DNA from: Callorhinchus milii
Taxonomy: Eukaryota
Length of the DNA stretch: 64,000 nucleotides
NCBI RefSeq assembly: GCF_018977255.1
Contig: NW_024704742.1
Location: 118,670,001 to 118,734,000, forward strand
Direction: 5' to 3'
A program made the position numbers and the translations under genes. Under the pieces are notes generated by a model that was not told the DNA's origin, made no database searches, and was given only the letters and a program-made list of their open reading frames with translations. This document shows, piece after piece, positions 51,201 to 61,800 of the stretch. Positions within the stretch are counted from its first letter, which is position 1. Every line of letters starts with the position of its first letter.

Positions 51201-54200
51201 GAGTCTAGCCATCGGGGACATCTTTACGTTATAAATATCTGGGGTTTTTACGGAAGAGAATGTTTGGTCTACTTAAGAAGTCAAACAACTCAGTTGGTAG
51301 CACTTACTTGAGTCGGAAGGATACGGGTTCAAACCCGACATTGAGCTCACAGTTAGGTTGACACTTCAGCGCAGCATTGTCGGAGTTGCCATTAAAGATT
51401 CCATGGATTGTGATTACTTGAAAAGAGAAGGGAATTTTTTCTCTTTTTAAAACATTTTTGGCCAACAATCCACCAGATAAAATTGGTCATTCACTTCATG
51501 GCTGTCTGTGGGACATTGCTGTGCAAAAATTGACTTTTGTGTTCACTTATAAAATATGCATCACACTACAGTAAATCCTGCACAGCACTTTGAGACACTT
51601 CAATAATCTGATAATGCACAAATGGAAACAAAATTATTAATAGAATATTGGACCTCGAGTCAAACCAGTCCCATTATTAAAAACAAAACAATAGTACAGT
51701 AATAGTTTATCCCTCACCTTTTTAAAATAATTGTGCTACGGACTCTTAGTGACAAAGCATTGATGAATGAATAAACCTGAGTTGAACTTGTAAATCATTA
51801 TTTGTGATGCACTTTGAGACTTCTCAATGACGTGATAAAGCTCTATATCAAATGCAAGGATTATTTTTATTGTTTGGTTCCATTTGACAGTAGAAATATT
51901 CATACCAAACTTTACCTCCTTCAGCTGGAACAATTCAGTAATTTCTGTCCGTGAAGCCAAAGTGATGTCCAAAAACAATGAAATGGAATGGAAAAACAAA
52001 TACATCTGTGTTGAAGGTATGACAAATTGTAGAAGCAACAAAATGTTGGCATTTACAAAAGCTTGAAAGTAAATTTTGTGAGGAATATTTAATACTTTTG
52101 AGCCTATAGCCTCACTTATCACAGCACTTGCTTACTCTTCTCTCCCGTTCTTTTTCTGTCTCTTCATCCCTCCAATTGCAACATAAGTTGCCAAAAAATG
52201 TTGGACTAGAATTCTTCCCATTTTGTTTCCCATATTGTAATGGAAATCTTTCAATCATTTATGAACATAGTAAATTCTATTAAAATGTGCTGTTAAGAAA
52301 CAAAAAGTCTTTAGTGATGATGTGTAGGCTCTAAAACTAATCATTATATAAGATCCACAAATATTCAGGGAAGAAATGTCTTAAGTGATTTAAAATGGTA
52401 AATCTGTTTACTTAGCAATAAGTAGGAACTTGGTTGTTAGTCGATTAGCAGATTGCTTTCTGGTGGTAATAATCCCTCCAAAAAAAAATGTTGTCACTCA
52501 ATCCACAACTGTTGTGAGACATTGCTATGTGCAATTGGCTACTGCGTTATGCCCACAAAATATACAGTCAATTCACTTTACTGTATATTCTGTGAAGCGC
52601 TTTGAGACATTTCAATGACTTGATATGGCATAACAAAGGATTATTATTATTCTAGATAGAGAAGTGACAATGTAATTCTATTGTCATTAATGTCTAATCC
52701 AACTGTATGTGGCATCAAAGTTCTACTTTCCACCAGAATATTGTAAGATTAAGAAACATTTTAATTGTTCAGTCAATTTACATAAGGATAGTTTGTAGAA
52801 TGGCTAAAATTAGCAATAGTTTCCAATTTTACAATTGTTTTATATGTTCTGTTTCAGAACCTTACGACCGAACAAATACAGCGCGAGCTGTGCATGAAAA
52901 TATCAAATTTGACATGATCAGAAAGGAGTTTATTCAGGTAAAATGTATAACTACATTTATTTAACATTGTAATGCATACTGATGGTAACCTAAAAATTAG
53001 TTCATATTCAGATTCTGGAACTAATTTTACTTTAAACATTCTCTTCAAATTTTCAAAATAGGAATATTGTAGTAAATTCCAAGGAGAAAAACTGCACCAT
53101 CAAATCCATTATCTTTGTCTGTGATAGAAACAAAGGACATTTTGCTCACAGGTTATCAGCAAAGCACCCACATGGAACTTTAATAATGTTCGATGGCTTT
53201 TCATAATGTTCTATATTTTATCCTTAAAATGTTTTATTTGTTTTAATGATTTCACTTTAAAACTAAATCAACCGTACATGTTGAGCAAATGTTGAATAGA
53301 GAAATATTCCTTAATGTCCTGACTTCCCCAGTTGTTCAGTGCTTTAAGGGAGAACTTTACAAAGGCAATACTTCAGAACAATATTTGTTTCTACATTCAG
53401 TAACCTCGGTGAAGAGGTAAGTGTTTATGAAAATGCTATTGCAAAATCTTAAATATAAGTGATGAACTTGCTTGCCCATCTCCGTTTGTACCTCACAACC
53501 AAAGCAGCCGAAACCCTCATCCATGCCTTTGTTACTTCCCAGCTGGACTATTCCAATGCCCTCCTTGCTGGTATCCCCAGCTCCACCATACACAAAATTT
53601 AATTAATTCAAAACTCCGCCGCCCGGATGCTCATCTGTACAAAACTCTGTACCCCCGTCACACCAGTCCTTGCCAGGCTCCACTGGCTCCCAATTACCGA
53701 ACGGATCGATTTCAAGATCCTCTCGCTCATTTTTAAATCCCTTGATACCTTGCACCTGCCTATCTATCCGATTTGCTTATCACCCACCCGCTGCCTCCGC
53801 TTGGTTGGCTCCAGCATCCAATTTGTCCCTCGTCCCCTCCGCTCCACCATCGGTGGCCGTACCTTCAGACACTATGCCCCGAAACTCTAGAACTCTCTCC
53901 CTCAATCCCTCCATCATGCCCCTTCCCTCAGAGTAGAGGGGTGAGCAGACCAGGCGATTGGGGTAAGGTAAGATCAGAGAGATGAGGAGGTGCTGGGATG
54001 TGAAGGGATTTGTAGAGGACAGCGATTACTGAAATCAACATGAGGACTAGGATACTGGGCATATGGAGTTTGGTGCGGAGGAGGATGCGGGTGACAGAAC
54101 TTTGTATACGTTGGAGTTTTGGGATAATGGAGCTTGGAAGTCCAGTTTGAGCAGTACATTTGAAGTTCAGGCCGCAGGTATCGATGGCATAGATGAGGGT

Positions 54201-56711
54201 TTCAGTGGCATTGTGTGTGAGGTAGTGGAGGAGGCAGGCGATGTTGGAGAGGTGAAGAAAAGCAGTCTCAGTCTGGACCGGGTGTGAGGGAGAAAGGAGA
54301 ACTGAAGATTGAACTGGATGCCAAGGTTGAAGCGAGATGTTGGAGGGACCTAGGAGGATGGCTTCCGTCTCTTCCATGCTGAGTTGAAGGAAATTGTTGC
54401 TCATTCAGGTCATGATGTCTGAAGACAAGCACAGAACATCAGTGGACCTTGAATCAAGGTTGTAAGTGGAAAAGTAGATCTGGGATACATGTAGAAGTCT
54501 AAGAATGTAAATCTTACTAATTAGAATCCTTGAAGTGTAATGTAAAAACATAATGTATCTGTATCCGGCCCAAAAACTAATTACATAGAATGATGTGACG
54601 TGGAAACATCGTTAAGGCAAAAGACATCGTCTGTGTCAGTGTAGATGCACAACAACATCTACCAGATCAAAACCTTTCAATCTTCACTTCTCTCAAAGTC
54701 ACCATTCGATTATCTCATCTCTAGAAATGAGAAACTCAGATTAGTAATTTATAACTGATTTTTTGGGGTCAGGCGGGTGTCTTGACAAATGCGGAAAGAG
54801 TATCGAAGCCAAACTGAGAATTCCATGCATCCCACCTACACATGGAAATCCCAGAGATGGATTGTTGGAATAGAATGCACACTCTCTCCCTGAAGGGACA
54901 CATCATCCAATTCCGGAAAGTATTAGGTGCAGGCTGGCGAGAGCCAAGGCTTGGGCACCCCAGAGTGTGTGCTGGAATACTGCTGGAGTCTAACAAGCTA
55001 AAATCACGTAGCTTGCCATTGATATCACTGTCTGGCAAGCTTTCCTGCTGCTCGTCCAGCTAGGACCACCCTATCTATCAGGGCTTTGGCTTGCAAGGTT
55101 AAGAGGAGCTGAGTGGGATGACTCCCTGAATGGTTGGGCCTTCCAGGTCCTGCCAATGAGCCAGGCTCGCTGTACTATCATCAGCAGAGCCCTGGTATAC
55201 TGCTGACCCGCCTGGCTCAGGAACTGGACTACCGAGACCACAACGGATGGCTGGCTGGATTCCGACATTCCGTTGCCAAGCATTTGCCAGTTTAGCTCCA
55301 GCTAACACTTAGACATTAACACAAGAAGTACGTCACTTGTTAACTGATCATGTTATTGTACTGACCCACCCATTTTGCTAAAGAAACCCTTTAGCAAATG
55401 AGAAAATAAATGTAGAAAATGCAAATGAAAAGGGAATGTATTGTTTGCAGTAGTGTTCCTGGCCACTTTTATGACAAAATAACTTTTCTGATCCAATTTT
55501 ACTTAGTAAATAAAAATTTGTTTGAACTTATCTCAAACCTTCATTTTCTTTCATCAGTATTACTTTTTCATTTGCTTTAGTTATTAATCTTCATGCAAGG
55601 AACAACATTTTATTGTGATGGTAAAAGCAAAGGATGCATAAGCCTGCTTCACTGATTCAACAGCATTTTGTTGCAAAGGAGATCTTACTTTTGCACTATG
55701 CAATTCTTTCTTGATTTTTTTATAGTTTACATTGAAGTCAATGATTTTTATTTGGCTTACAATGGTCTCTCTATTGGAGAGCATTTGAGAATTCAGGTGG
55801 GAGATGTGAAATGAAAAATTCAACTGAAAAAAGTGGAAATCATATAAATGTCGTAATAATGCTGGTTAGAAAAACACAATAAATCTAAATTACTCAGTGA
55901 ATGCTAGTTGTAGGTAATTTCAGTTGGTGCTTTTACAATTACTGCCAATACTGTAATGATTTCTTCATTTCATTCCCAGTTCTTTTCTACTGTAATTATA
56001 TAATGTTTTCATTTAATTGAGTGCAATCTAAAATGGCAGAATATTGCTTATTATTCAGAAAACAACATTTTACCATGGAGAAAATGCAAAGTTCAGAATG
56101 TCAGAATTAGACAGTGGGGAAGCAATATTTCACAGGGAACTAAATGTGATATTTGCCTCTTTGGGTTTCTGTGCTGTTAATGTTGAGAAGGAACAGCATG
56201 AAGCATAGCTGATCAGTTTCAGTGGGCTTGTGTATGGGTGTATTCATTGTCATAAAGTACATTCTTTTATTTTGAACTTGTATGCTCTGTTTAGTCTTTA
56301 TTTAAAAAAAACTAAATACAACAAAGTGGTTGAATCGTATCTGCGTTTGTATGAAATGCAAAAAAATTTAATTAATTTGTTTTATCATTTTAGATACCAT
56401 GTCACATGTATGATCACATAAAGCAATTAATGTTAATAGACTGGAGACTCGTATTACATTTGATAATGTCTATCTTTCAATTATATTGTGCAAGATTAAT
56501 TGCTTTATGTGATCATACATGTGACATTGGTGTCTAAAATGATAAAAACACAAATTAATTAAATCAGCCACAGTTGTGCTTCTAATTAATAGCGATGCAC
56601 TAATTCAATTACAATTTTGTTTTTCTTTAGTCCTGGCACAAACTTAAAAATAACAAAGACTTGTTCAGCATTCTCCCAGCAAGAGCTGCAGTAGAGGGTA
56701 GGGGAAGATGA
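27144..56711 (+). CDS. TENT2: Poly(A) RNA polymerase GLD-2 / terminal nucleotidyltransferase 2, spliced CDS of 14 coding exons, 460 aa
   Basis: Join 27144-27241,27945-28058,28203-28395,33232-33346,34431-34522,34612-34675,35167-35233,36102-36178,41222-41350,43579-43622,46180-46316,51925-52016,52858-52937,56631-56711 = 1383 nt. All introns are GT-AG with compatible phases and no internal stop. The protein matches vertebrate GLD2 from recall: MFPNS.., [91 protein letters not shown]. Confidence 0.97.
27945..28058 (+). CDS. TENT2: TENT2 coding exon 2: [37 protein letters not shown](K)
   Basis: ttattgcag| ... AA|GTAAGT, 114 nt symmetric phase 2-2, open frame, ends GRK like the human counterpart. 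Confidence 0.85.
28203..28395 (+). CDS. TENT2: TENT2 coding exon 3: [20 protein letters not shown]...RRHSVP...VARDK
   Basis: tattgcag| ... AAG|GTAATT. KRQRF.SP and ARDK correspond to human KRQRFHSP and AKDK. Confidence 0.92.
29930..33160 (-). mobile_element. Long degenerate L2-clade LINE (endonuclease + RT remnants) interrupted by younger SINE/LINE-tail insertions
   Basis: Minus-strand peptides [12 protein letters not shown] (APE endonuclease, ~32600), KPNLNPSNL, and [29 protein letters not shown] (RT, ~30800-30960). Many frameshifts. Confidence 0.85.
32146..32463 (-). mobile_element. Full-length tRNA/Deu SINE inserted in the long L2
   Basis: Same head, core and tail as 19164-19478. Confidence 0.9.
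33232..33346 (+). CDS. TENT2: TENT2 coding exon 4: [38 protein letters not shown]
   Basis: ttgtttgtag| ... C|GTAAGT, strong similarity to GLD2. Confidence 0.96.
34431..34522 (+). CDS. TENT2: TENT2 coding exon 5 with NTase signature [16 protein letters not shown]
   Basis: tgtgtttcag| ... CAG|GTTTGT. Carries the hG[GS]x(9-13)DhD pol-beta-superfamily catalytic motif. Confidence 0.97.
34612..34675 (+). CDS. TENT2: TENT2 coding exon 6: [21 protein letters not shown]
   Basis: ttccttcag| ... T|GTAAGT, follows an 89-nt intron. Confidence 0.95.
35167..35233 (+). CDS. TENT2: TENT2 coding exon 7: [21 protein letters not shown]
   Basis: ttcttaacag| ... AG|GTAAGT. Confidence 0.97.
36102..36178 (+). CDS. 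TENT2: TENT2 coding exon 8: [25 protein letters not shown] (third catalytic Asp)
   Basis: tgtttgcag| ... A|GTAAGT. Confidence 0.97.
36675..37091. mobile_element. Penelope-like element remnant with inverted terminal repeats and hammerhead core
   Basis: ~75-bp inverted arms (36675-36748 vs 36979-37053). CTGACGAAGGCCCGAAAC on the - strand at 36744-36761. 14-bp flanking duplication TTACATTTGT(A/G)TAG at 36661 and 37092. Confidence 0.65.
37742..37995 (-). mobile_element. 5'-truncated tRNA/Deu SINE (other partial copies at 415-535, 36262-36530, 37237-37382, 52403-52650, 60190-60380, 61017-61090)
   Basis: Shared CTCAAAGCGCTTCACAGAATATACTGTAAAGTGAATTG..CAGTGTCCCACAAACAGTCG body. Confidence 0.85.
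39577..39945 (-). mobile_element. L2-like 3' fragment
   Basis: [18 protein letters not shown] peptide and tail on the - strand. Confidence 0.85.
40034..40426 (+). mobile_element. Non-autonomous Helitron, copy 1
   Basis: Starts A|TCTTATATACTAATAAAG. 3' hairpin GTTGCA-AGCGTAGC-TGCAAC at 40395-40414, then GGGTACAG-CTAA|T (CTRR end). Confidence 0.75.
40427..41133 (+). mobile_element. Non-autonomous Helitron, copy 2 (tandem, with different internal sequence)
   Basis: Starts TCTGTCTGTCTATC...ATAATATACTAATAAAAC, shares its 5' ~130 bp and 3' blocks with copy 1, and ends hairpin + GGGTACAGCTAG|T. Confidence 0.8.
41222..41350 (+). CDS. TENT2: TENT2 coding exon 9: [42 protein letters not shown]
   Basis: ttttatgcag| ... 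A|GTAAGT. Confidence 0.97.
41436..41802 (+). mobile_element. Full-length tRNA/Deu SINE, longer subfamily
   Basis: Head GTGGAGTACTGTAGCTGAGTGATTAGAGCACTCGCC, B box GGTTCAATTCC, an extra ~60-bp internal segment shared with the 52403 and 60340 copies, (ATT)n tail. Confidence 0.88.
42164..42193. repeat. (GT)n microsatellite
   Basis: tgtgcgtgtgtgtgtgtgtgtgtgtgtgtg. Confidence 0.95.
43579..43622 (+). CDS. TENT2: TENT2 coding exon 10: [14 protein letters not shown]
   Basis: ttgttttag| ... CCA|GTAAGT. Confidence 0.95.
43842..44270 (-). mobile_element. CR1-clade LINE 3' fragment
   Basis: [21 protein letters not shown]...RGHSLKI...[14 protein letters not shown], the canonical CR1 ORF2 C-terminus. 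Confidence 0.92.
46180..46316 (+). CDS. TENT2: TENT2 coding exon 11: [14 protein letters not shown]...[17 protein letters not shown]
   Basis: ttttttaatag| ... AA|GTATGT, start of the PAP-associated domain. Confidence 0.96.
47600..49080 (+). mobile_element. Possible highly decayed LTR-retrotransposon (gag/protease-like) remnant
   Basis: A/G-rich coding-like composition and an aspartic-protease-like [10 protein letters not shown] at ~48554-48585. No continuous ORF. Confidence 0.25.
50899..51190. mobile_element. Degenerate Tigger-like MITE
   Basis: TA|CAATGCAGCCCCATTATAA start with repeated TTATAA subterminal motifs and a partial inverted GTTATAACAAGGCT at ~51176-51189. The right end is incomplete. 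Confidence 0.4.
51925..52016 (+). CDS. TENT2: TENT2 coding exon 12: [30 protein letters not shown]
   Basis: cctccttcag| ... G|GTATGA. Confidence 0.96.
52858..52937 (+). CDS. TENT2: TENT2 coding exon 13: [27 protein letters not shown]
   Basis: tctgtttcag| ... CAG|GTAAAA, nucleotide-recognition motif. Confidence 0.96.
53470..54490. mobile_element. Pair of oppositely oriented L2-like fragments (+ 53470-53930, - 53930-54490)
   Basis: + strand [18 protein letters not shown], - strand [27 protein letters not shown]. Confidence 0.8.
56366..56564. repeat. Long inverted repeat (~66-bp arms, 63-nt spacer) in the last TENT2 intron
   Basis: 56366-56431 is the reverse complement of 56495-56564 except for one substitution and two small indels. 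The inner 33 bp are perfect. Confidence 0.95.
56631..56711 (+). CDS. TENT2: TENT2 last coding exon: [26 protein letters not shown]
   Basis: Branch-point-like cactaat at ~56598, ttttctttag|, TGA at 56709-56711. Resembles human SWHRLKNKRDLNSILPVRAA. Confidence 0.95.
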   Translation, partial: SWHKLKNNKDLFSILPARAAVEGRGR

Positions 56712-58890
56712 CAGACTGGCTGTGCTGTAGGTATTGTGTTGGTGAAGAAAATGGAAGTGGGAACAAAATGCCAACACTTCTATCTATGGAAGACTTTCTG
56801 CTCTCAGTGATAATTCATCTGAAAGATGCCTGATTAATTATGGGATTTCTTTTGTCTTTTATGTGGCAAGAAAAATCTACGGATCTATCTTTTTTCCTCC
56901 CCTTTTGTTTCCTCCATTTGTCTCGACAAGCTGGCCATGAAATCCTCATTATAGGAACTGAAGAATAGAATCCTAGAATTAAGGACAAATGATTATTAAA
57001 ACAAGCTCTCTTGAAAGATCATTAGAGGTCAAAAGTTTACCTAATGGTGATGTTAATAGATATGCTGCAAAGGCAATCTGTACAACCTGATAAGGGATAC
57101 GTAGTGATCAATGGACTGTTTGGAAATGTACATTTCATTTGCATCAAAGTGGAAGGGTGACAGGGCTATTATTCTCTGTTATAACTGTTAAAATTTAATT
57201 TGGCTCATGTTCACAATAGATATTCTCCTTCACAGTAACTATAATTTGCACCTACATTGGGCAGTTTGAAAACATATTTGGTCATTTGTTTCCTCTTAAA
57301 AGCGACCATGGTTCGCAGTCCCACATAACTTATCTAAGTAACTCTGCATGCATCTTAATCTTTGCTTCTGTAATGTCAATGAAAATTTTTCAGACATGGT
57401 GGTATCACATAGATCATTCTTTCTTTATTTTTATATGATAAAATAATTGCAACCAAAATGCATCATCTCATAGGATGCCAGGCAGAATTTAGGTGAAAGA
57501 TGAGCTGTTTTTTTTCAGTTTATTTTTTTAAACCAACCTAGGGAGGCCAACTTCCAAAAATGCTTTTTTAAAATAAAGAAATGGTGGGTAATTAACTTGT
57601 TTCTCTTATTTCATGTTTTTTGTCTGTTGTAAAAAATTATGGATTTTGTTTTTTGCTACGTTCTAGAATGTCACGTTCGTTTTTCTTTTGAAATTCCCTT
57701 TTGTCTTTTATTTTGTATATTGTCTAAATTTAAATAAAGTTTGCATATGGAAAAAAACCTGATTGAAACAAGCCTTTACAGTGCAATATTATACCCCTTT
57801 TATATGGCTTTCAATTATTTAATTCCCATTGCACTTTTGTGAATTAAGACCTGCTGCAAGTTACAGTGGGTTTAGGTACAGCAACCTAACTCGTCTAATT
57901 CGGAGCAGGGGGTGGTCATTTGAAAGCTGGTGCTTTGCATTCACAGAGGCTAGATGTCATGAGCAAACTTGCGTCATGATGTTATGAATAGAAAAAATTG
58001 TCCAGCCTACAGCAGTACATTGCAGGGAAAGTAATTTGATTCAACAGGTCTGGGCTGCTTACACGGTCACAGATGAAATTACTTTGAGTAGATTCAAAGC
58101 CACGCAACAGGGGTTGAGACTCTGCTAAGAAACAATCACGTGAGATAACTTTGTAGTGTTTTACATGGCCTCTTGATTTGAAAAACTTGTCAATGCAAAA
58201 GTGAATTAATAGCTGGCATATAAACAGTGCTAAAGTTTTTACCCCATTTCAGGATCGTGTTCTTTCAGGTTTTAACCTTTAAAAACGATTTGTGATTAAA
58301 TTATTTTTGTTTTTTACAGAAGAATCTGAGTAAATTGAGAAGCTGAATCCTCTACGTAATTGAGCCAACACAAGAACCATAGCAATCGCAAGGTTACAAT
58401 TTTTACATCTTTACATGCTTGTGCGCTCCAGCAAAAAAGTTTAGTTAAATGATTGCTGGAAAACAAGAACCGTATAGTCCTTTCAGTAACTTATGACAAG
58501 AACACTGATGTTTAAAGGTAATGAAAGAAGCATGTAAAGATATTTTTTAATCAATTCACTGATCAGTTCACTAATCTCTTGATTTGATAAAATTATTTAA
58601 ATAAATGCAAAATTTAAATATTGGATAACTCTTTGAATTTGTAGGGGTTTTCAAACCTAATTTATTCTATAAAATCTTGCCTACACAAAAGTTTCTCACC
58701 TTCATATGATATAGAAATGGATTGCTTGCTTAGCAAAGTACATATACAAAATTAATTGGCTTGAATTTCTGTGAAGGTCATTAATGGTGAGAAATTAATT
58801 TGTTTATTGCAGGAGCCATTTCTTATTAATTTACTTGTCTGGTCCAAGTGATTTCAATAAAGTGGCATGAACTGTACTGTAAATAAAGAA
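56712..58890 (+). promoter_or_regulatory. TENT2 3'UTR with candidate polyadenylation signals and CPE-like elements
   Basis: AATAAA at 57572, 57733, 58856 and 58882. TTTTAT/TTTTTAT at 56857, 57428 and 57706. No recognisable transposon insertions. Confidence 0.6.
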
Positions 58891-61800
58891 ATATTTGTGC
58901 TATGCCGTTCTGCTGTTGCATTTATTAATTGTTAGAACGTGATTACAAATGTTACTTTGCTCATCTCTTATATACAAAGCAATTTTAGCACTTCCTTCCT
59001 ATGGAAAATGCTAACAAGAAATTCTTGCACACCCATGTCAATCCTGGTATAAGGCACTTCAAAATGTAAATTTACTTCTGCACTTTACTGCATTTTATAC
59101 CAAAAATCAAACCTGTGTTTTTTTTTCTTTTTAAGGCAAAATTTGAGCTTGCTCTTTGTAAAGTAAATTTAGAAAGTAGGGACAGCTTTATTTCTTCTTC
59201 CTCCACAAAGGATAATTAGTAAGTTTGAAATCTACCAAATATGATTCTAGTATTTCTTACATATCTTACATAAGACCATATAGCATATAAAACTGAATAT
59301 CATGAATATTATAATGTGGGACTCAGTGTTCTAATTTCTATTCTAGGTATTACTGATATAATACAATTTAGAAATTAATTATATTAGCTTGTAGCAGGAA
59401 AAAGACTCCATATAAATCATTTATCTTTTCAATTTCTTTACATTTCATTGTCTTCATATATGGTGTCTCAGCTGCTGTGACAATTATCTCAACAATGATG
59501 TGGTACAGCTGTTCACAGTTTGACCTGGGCCTGTCTCTATTGCTGTTGAATTCTCCTGTTATGCTTGCATCCTGACCTGTATCCCACTTGAGGCCTTAGA
59601 CACATCCTAATCTGAAACAGACGCATGCACAATCATCAAACGTACGTGAACAAAGCACTCACAAAGTGTGGGCAGGTCCTTGTCAGGTGACAGTCTTTTT
59701 CATCTTTGAAGTGCCATTGAGGTATATAGCCAAAGCCTTTGATACCACGTGACTGTGATACCAAGTTCATTTACTCCCCGTGTATTGGCCCTTATGGGCC
59801 AAGAGCAGCTTTTTTTTTTGCAGAGGTTGCAGGAAAAATTAAGCCCTCTGCTATCCTTAGCCCCAGTCACTATTCAGTGCAGCCAGGCCAGCTTCTCTGC
59901 TACCCTACTGCCTCGTACGCTCTGTTCAATCGCAAAACACTGGCCTGCTTTTATATCCCCTGCCCAATCCACTTTGTGGGTGAGCTTTCAGCCATTCTGC
60001 CTTGTTTGGGAGCTCCATCCCAGGGTCTCTCTCTCCCTTGATCCCTCCCTTCTTACCTTCAGAACAAGCCGCAAGACTTATCTTTTTGACCGAACTTTTA
60101 CTATCTTTCCCTAACCTCTCCCCCATACACACATACAAAGTCCTTGGACTCCTAGTTAGCTGTGTGAAGTGTCTTGAGACATTTGAGACTCAAAGTGCTT
60201 CACAGAATATACTGTAAAGTGAGTTGACTGTATTTTGTTGGGGAATTGTGGCAGCCAATTGCACACAGCAGTGTCCCACAAACAATCATGGATTGAGTGA
60301 CCAAACTATTATAATTTTTTTTATTTTTGAATTGATTATTACCTCCGGAAAAGCGATTCGCCAATCGCCTAACAAACTTAAAACTTCTTAACACTATTTG
60401 TTTCATGCATTGATATGTAAAGGCTGGAAACTTTAATTCTTCTTCAAATCAATTAGACTATCAGATAATTATCAAGGTGCTTAAATTACTTCAAACCAAG
60501 TGAATTAGCTTTGATTTACATATATGAAAAATATTTACCTGAAGGATATTAACACAAACATTACAAATTACAAGATCTTTTCATTTTTCAAGCCCTTTTC
60601 ATATGACAGCTTTGTTCTTGTGTGCTGTGTATAATTTGATGGTAGAATTTGTTAATGTGCTGCAATGAGGATAAGATATATGATATGAAATTAATGGGTG
60701 CTGACAATCTAAAATAAAACCAGAAAATGCTAGAAACCAATCCATTGTATGGTAAGCTGCATCTACAAGGTAGAGACATGTTAGCTTTCACTGAAAAAAT
60801 GAGAGAGTGGCTTTATAGGTTAGAGAAAATCAAGTAGGACTGGAACAAGAAAAGAAGTGGGGAAGAAATTAAAAAATAAAAAGATGAACATTATAGAGAA
60901 ACGATCCTCAACCGATTTTGAAAGGCTGGAAATGGTGTTTTGGCATCACAAGTGAAGTTATCAGTGGGGTAGTGTGAAATACCAATGTAATTCTGCAGAA
61001 ATAGATGAGCTTTACAATAATAATCCTTGCATTCGATATAGCGCTTTTCACATCTGCTAGACGTCTCAAAGAGCTTCACAGAATATATTTAAAATGAGAT
61101 ACAATATTTCTACCTGTGCCAAGTAACATCATAGAAACAAAAAAAAATTGGCTGCCATGGTTCACTTCAAAATGTACCTCTTTGACTGCGCTTTCAGTCA
61201 TCTTTAGCTGTCCTTCCCCTTTACCTCAGGTGCCCATCTGGCTTTGCCTGGCTCTTTGAGTTGTTCTGATGTGAAGGGTGTTATATAATGGAAATTGTGT
61301 TGGAAGTATGTTACTTTGATAATACATCTGAGTTGTTGCTGTCAATAACTTCTAAAGATTGCTCTGTTCTTAGCCTTTAAATACCAAACCAAAGTTGCTA
61401 GACCCTGCAGACTAGCGAGTGAAAACTGTGTTTAGGTCTGTGGTCCTGACTAAAGTTGTGGAATACTATGCAGTAAAATATTTAATGCCCTGCCCCATTA
61501 TCGTTTTTATAACTCTTCCTAGATGTGTATCAGCCTAGCGCAGTGGTAGCACTCTCACCTCTGGGTCAGAAGGTTGTGGGTTCACACCTGACACTGCAGT
61601 GGCTAATAGATTTCTGAAAGTAGCTTCACAAATTGGTAAGTGGATGTCAAGATTTACCAATGAAAATTTGATGCAGAACAAAGATCAGATCTTTTGTAAG
61701 TCGCAAAAATGCACTGTTAATATTGAAGAAATTTCTTCACGACCCGAAACTGATTCAAGTTATGACAAGCCCACAGCACATTAAATTGTATGCACACCAC

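Noticed and set aside
51246..51260. 13-nt inverted match (CTCTTCCGTAAAA) to the promoter at 21090
   Set aside because: A single short match 30 kb away is compatible with chance.
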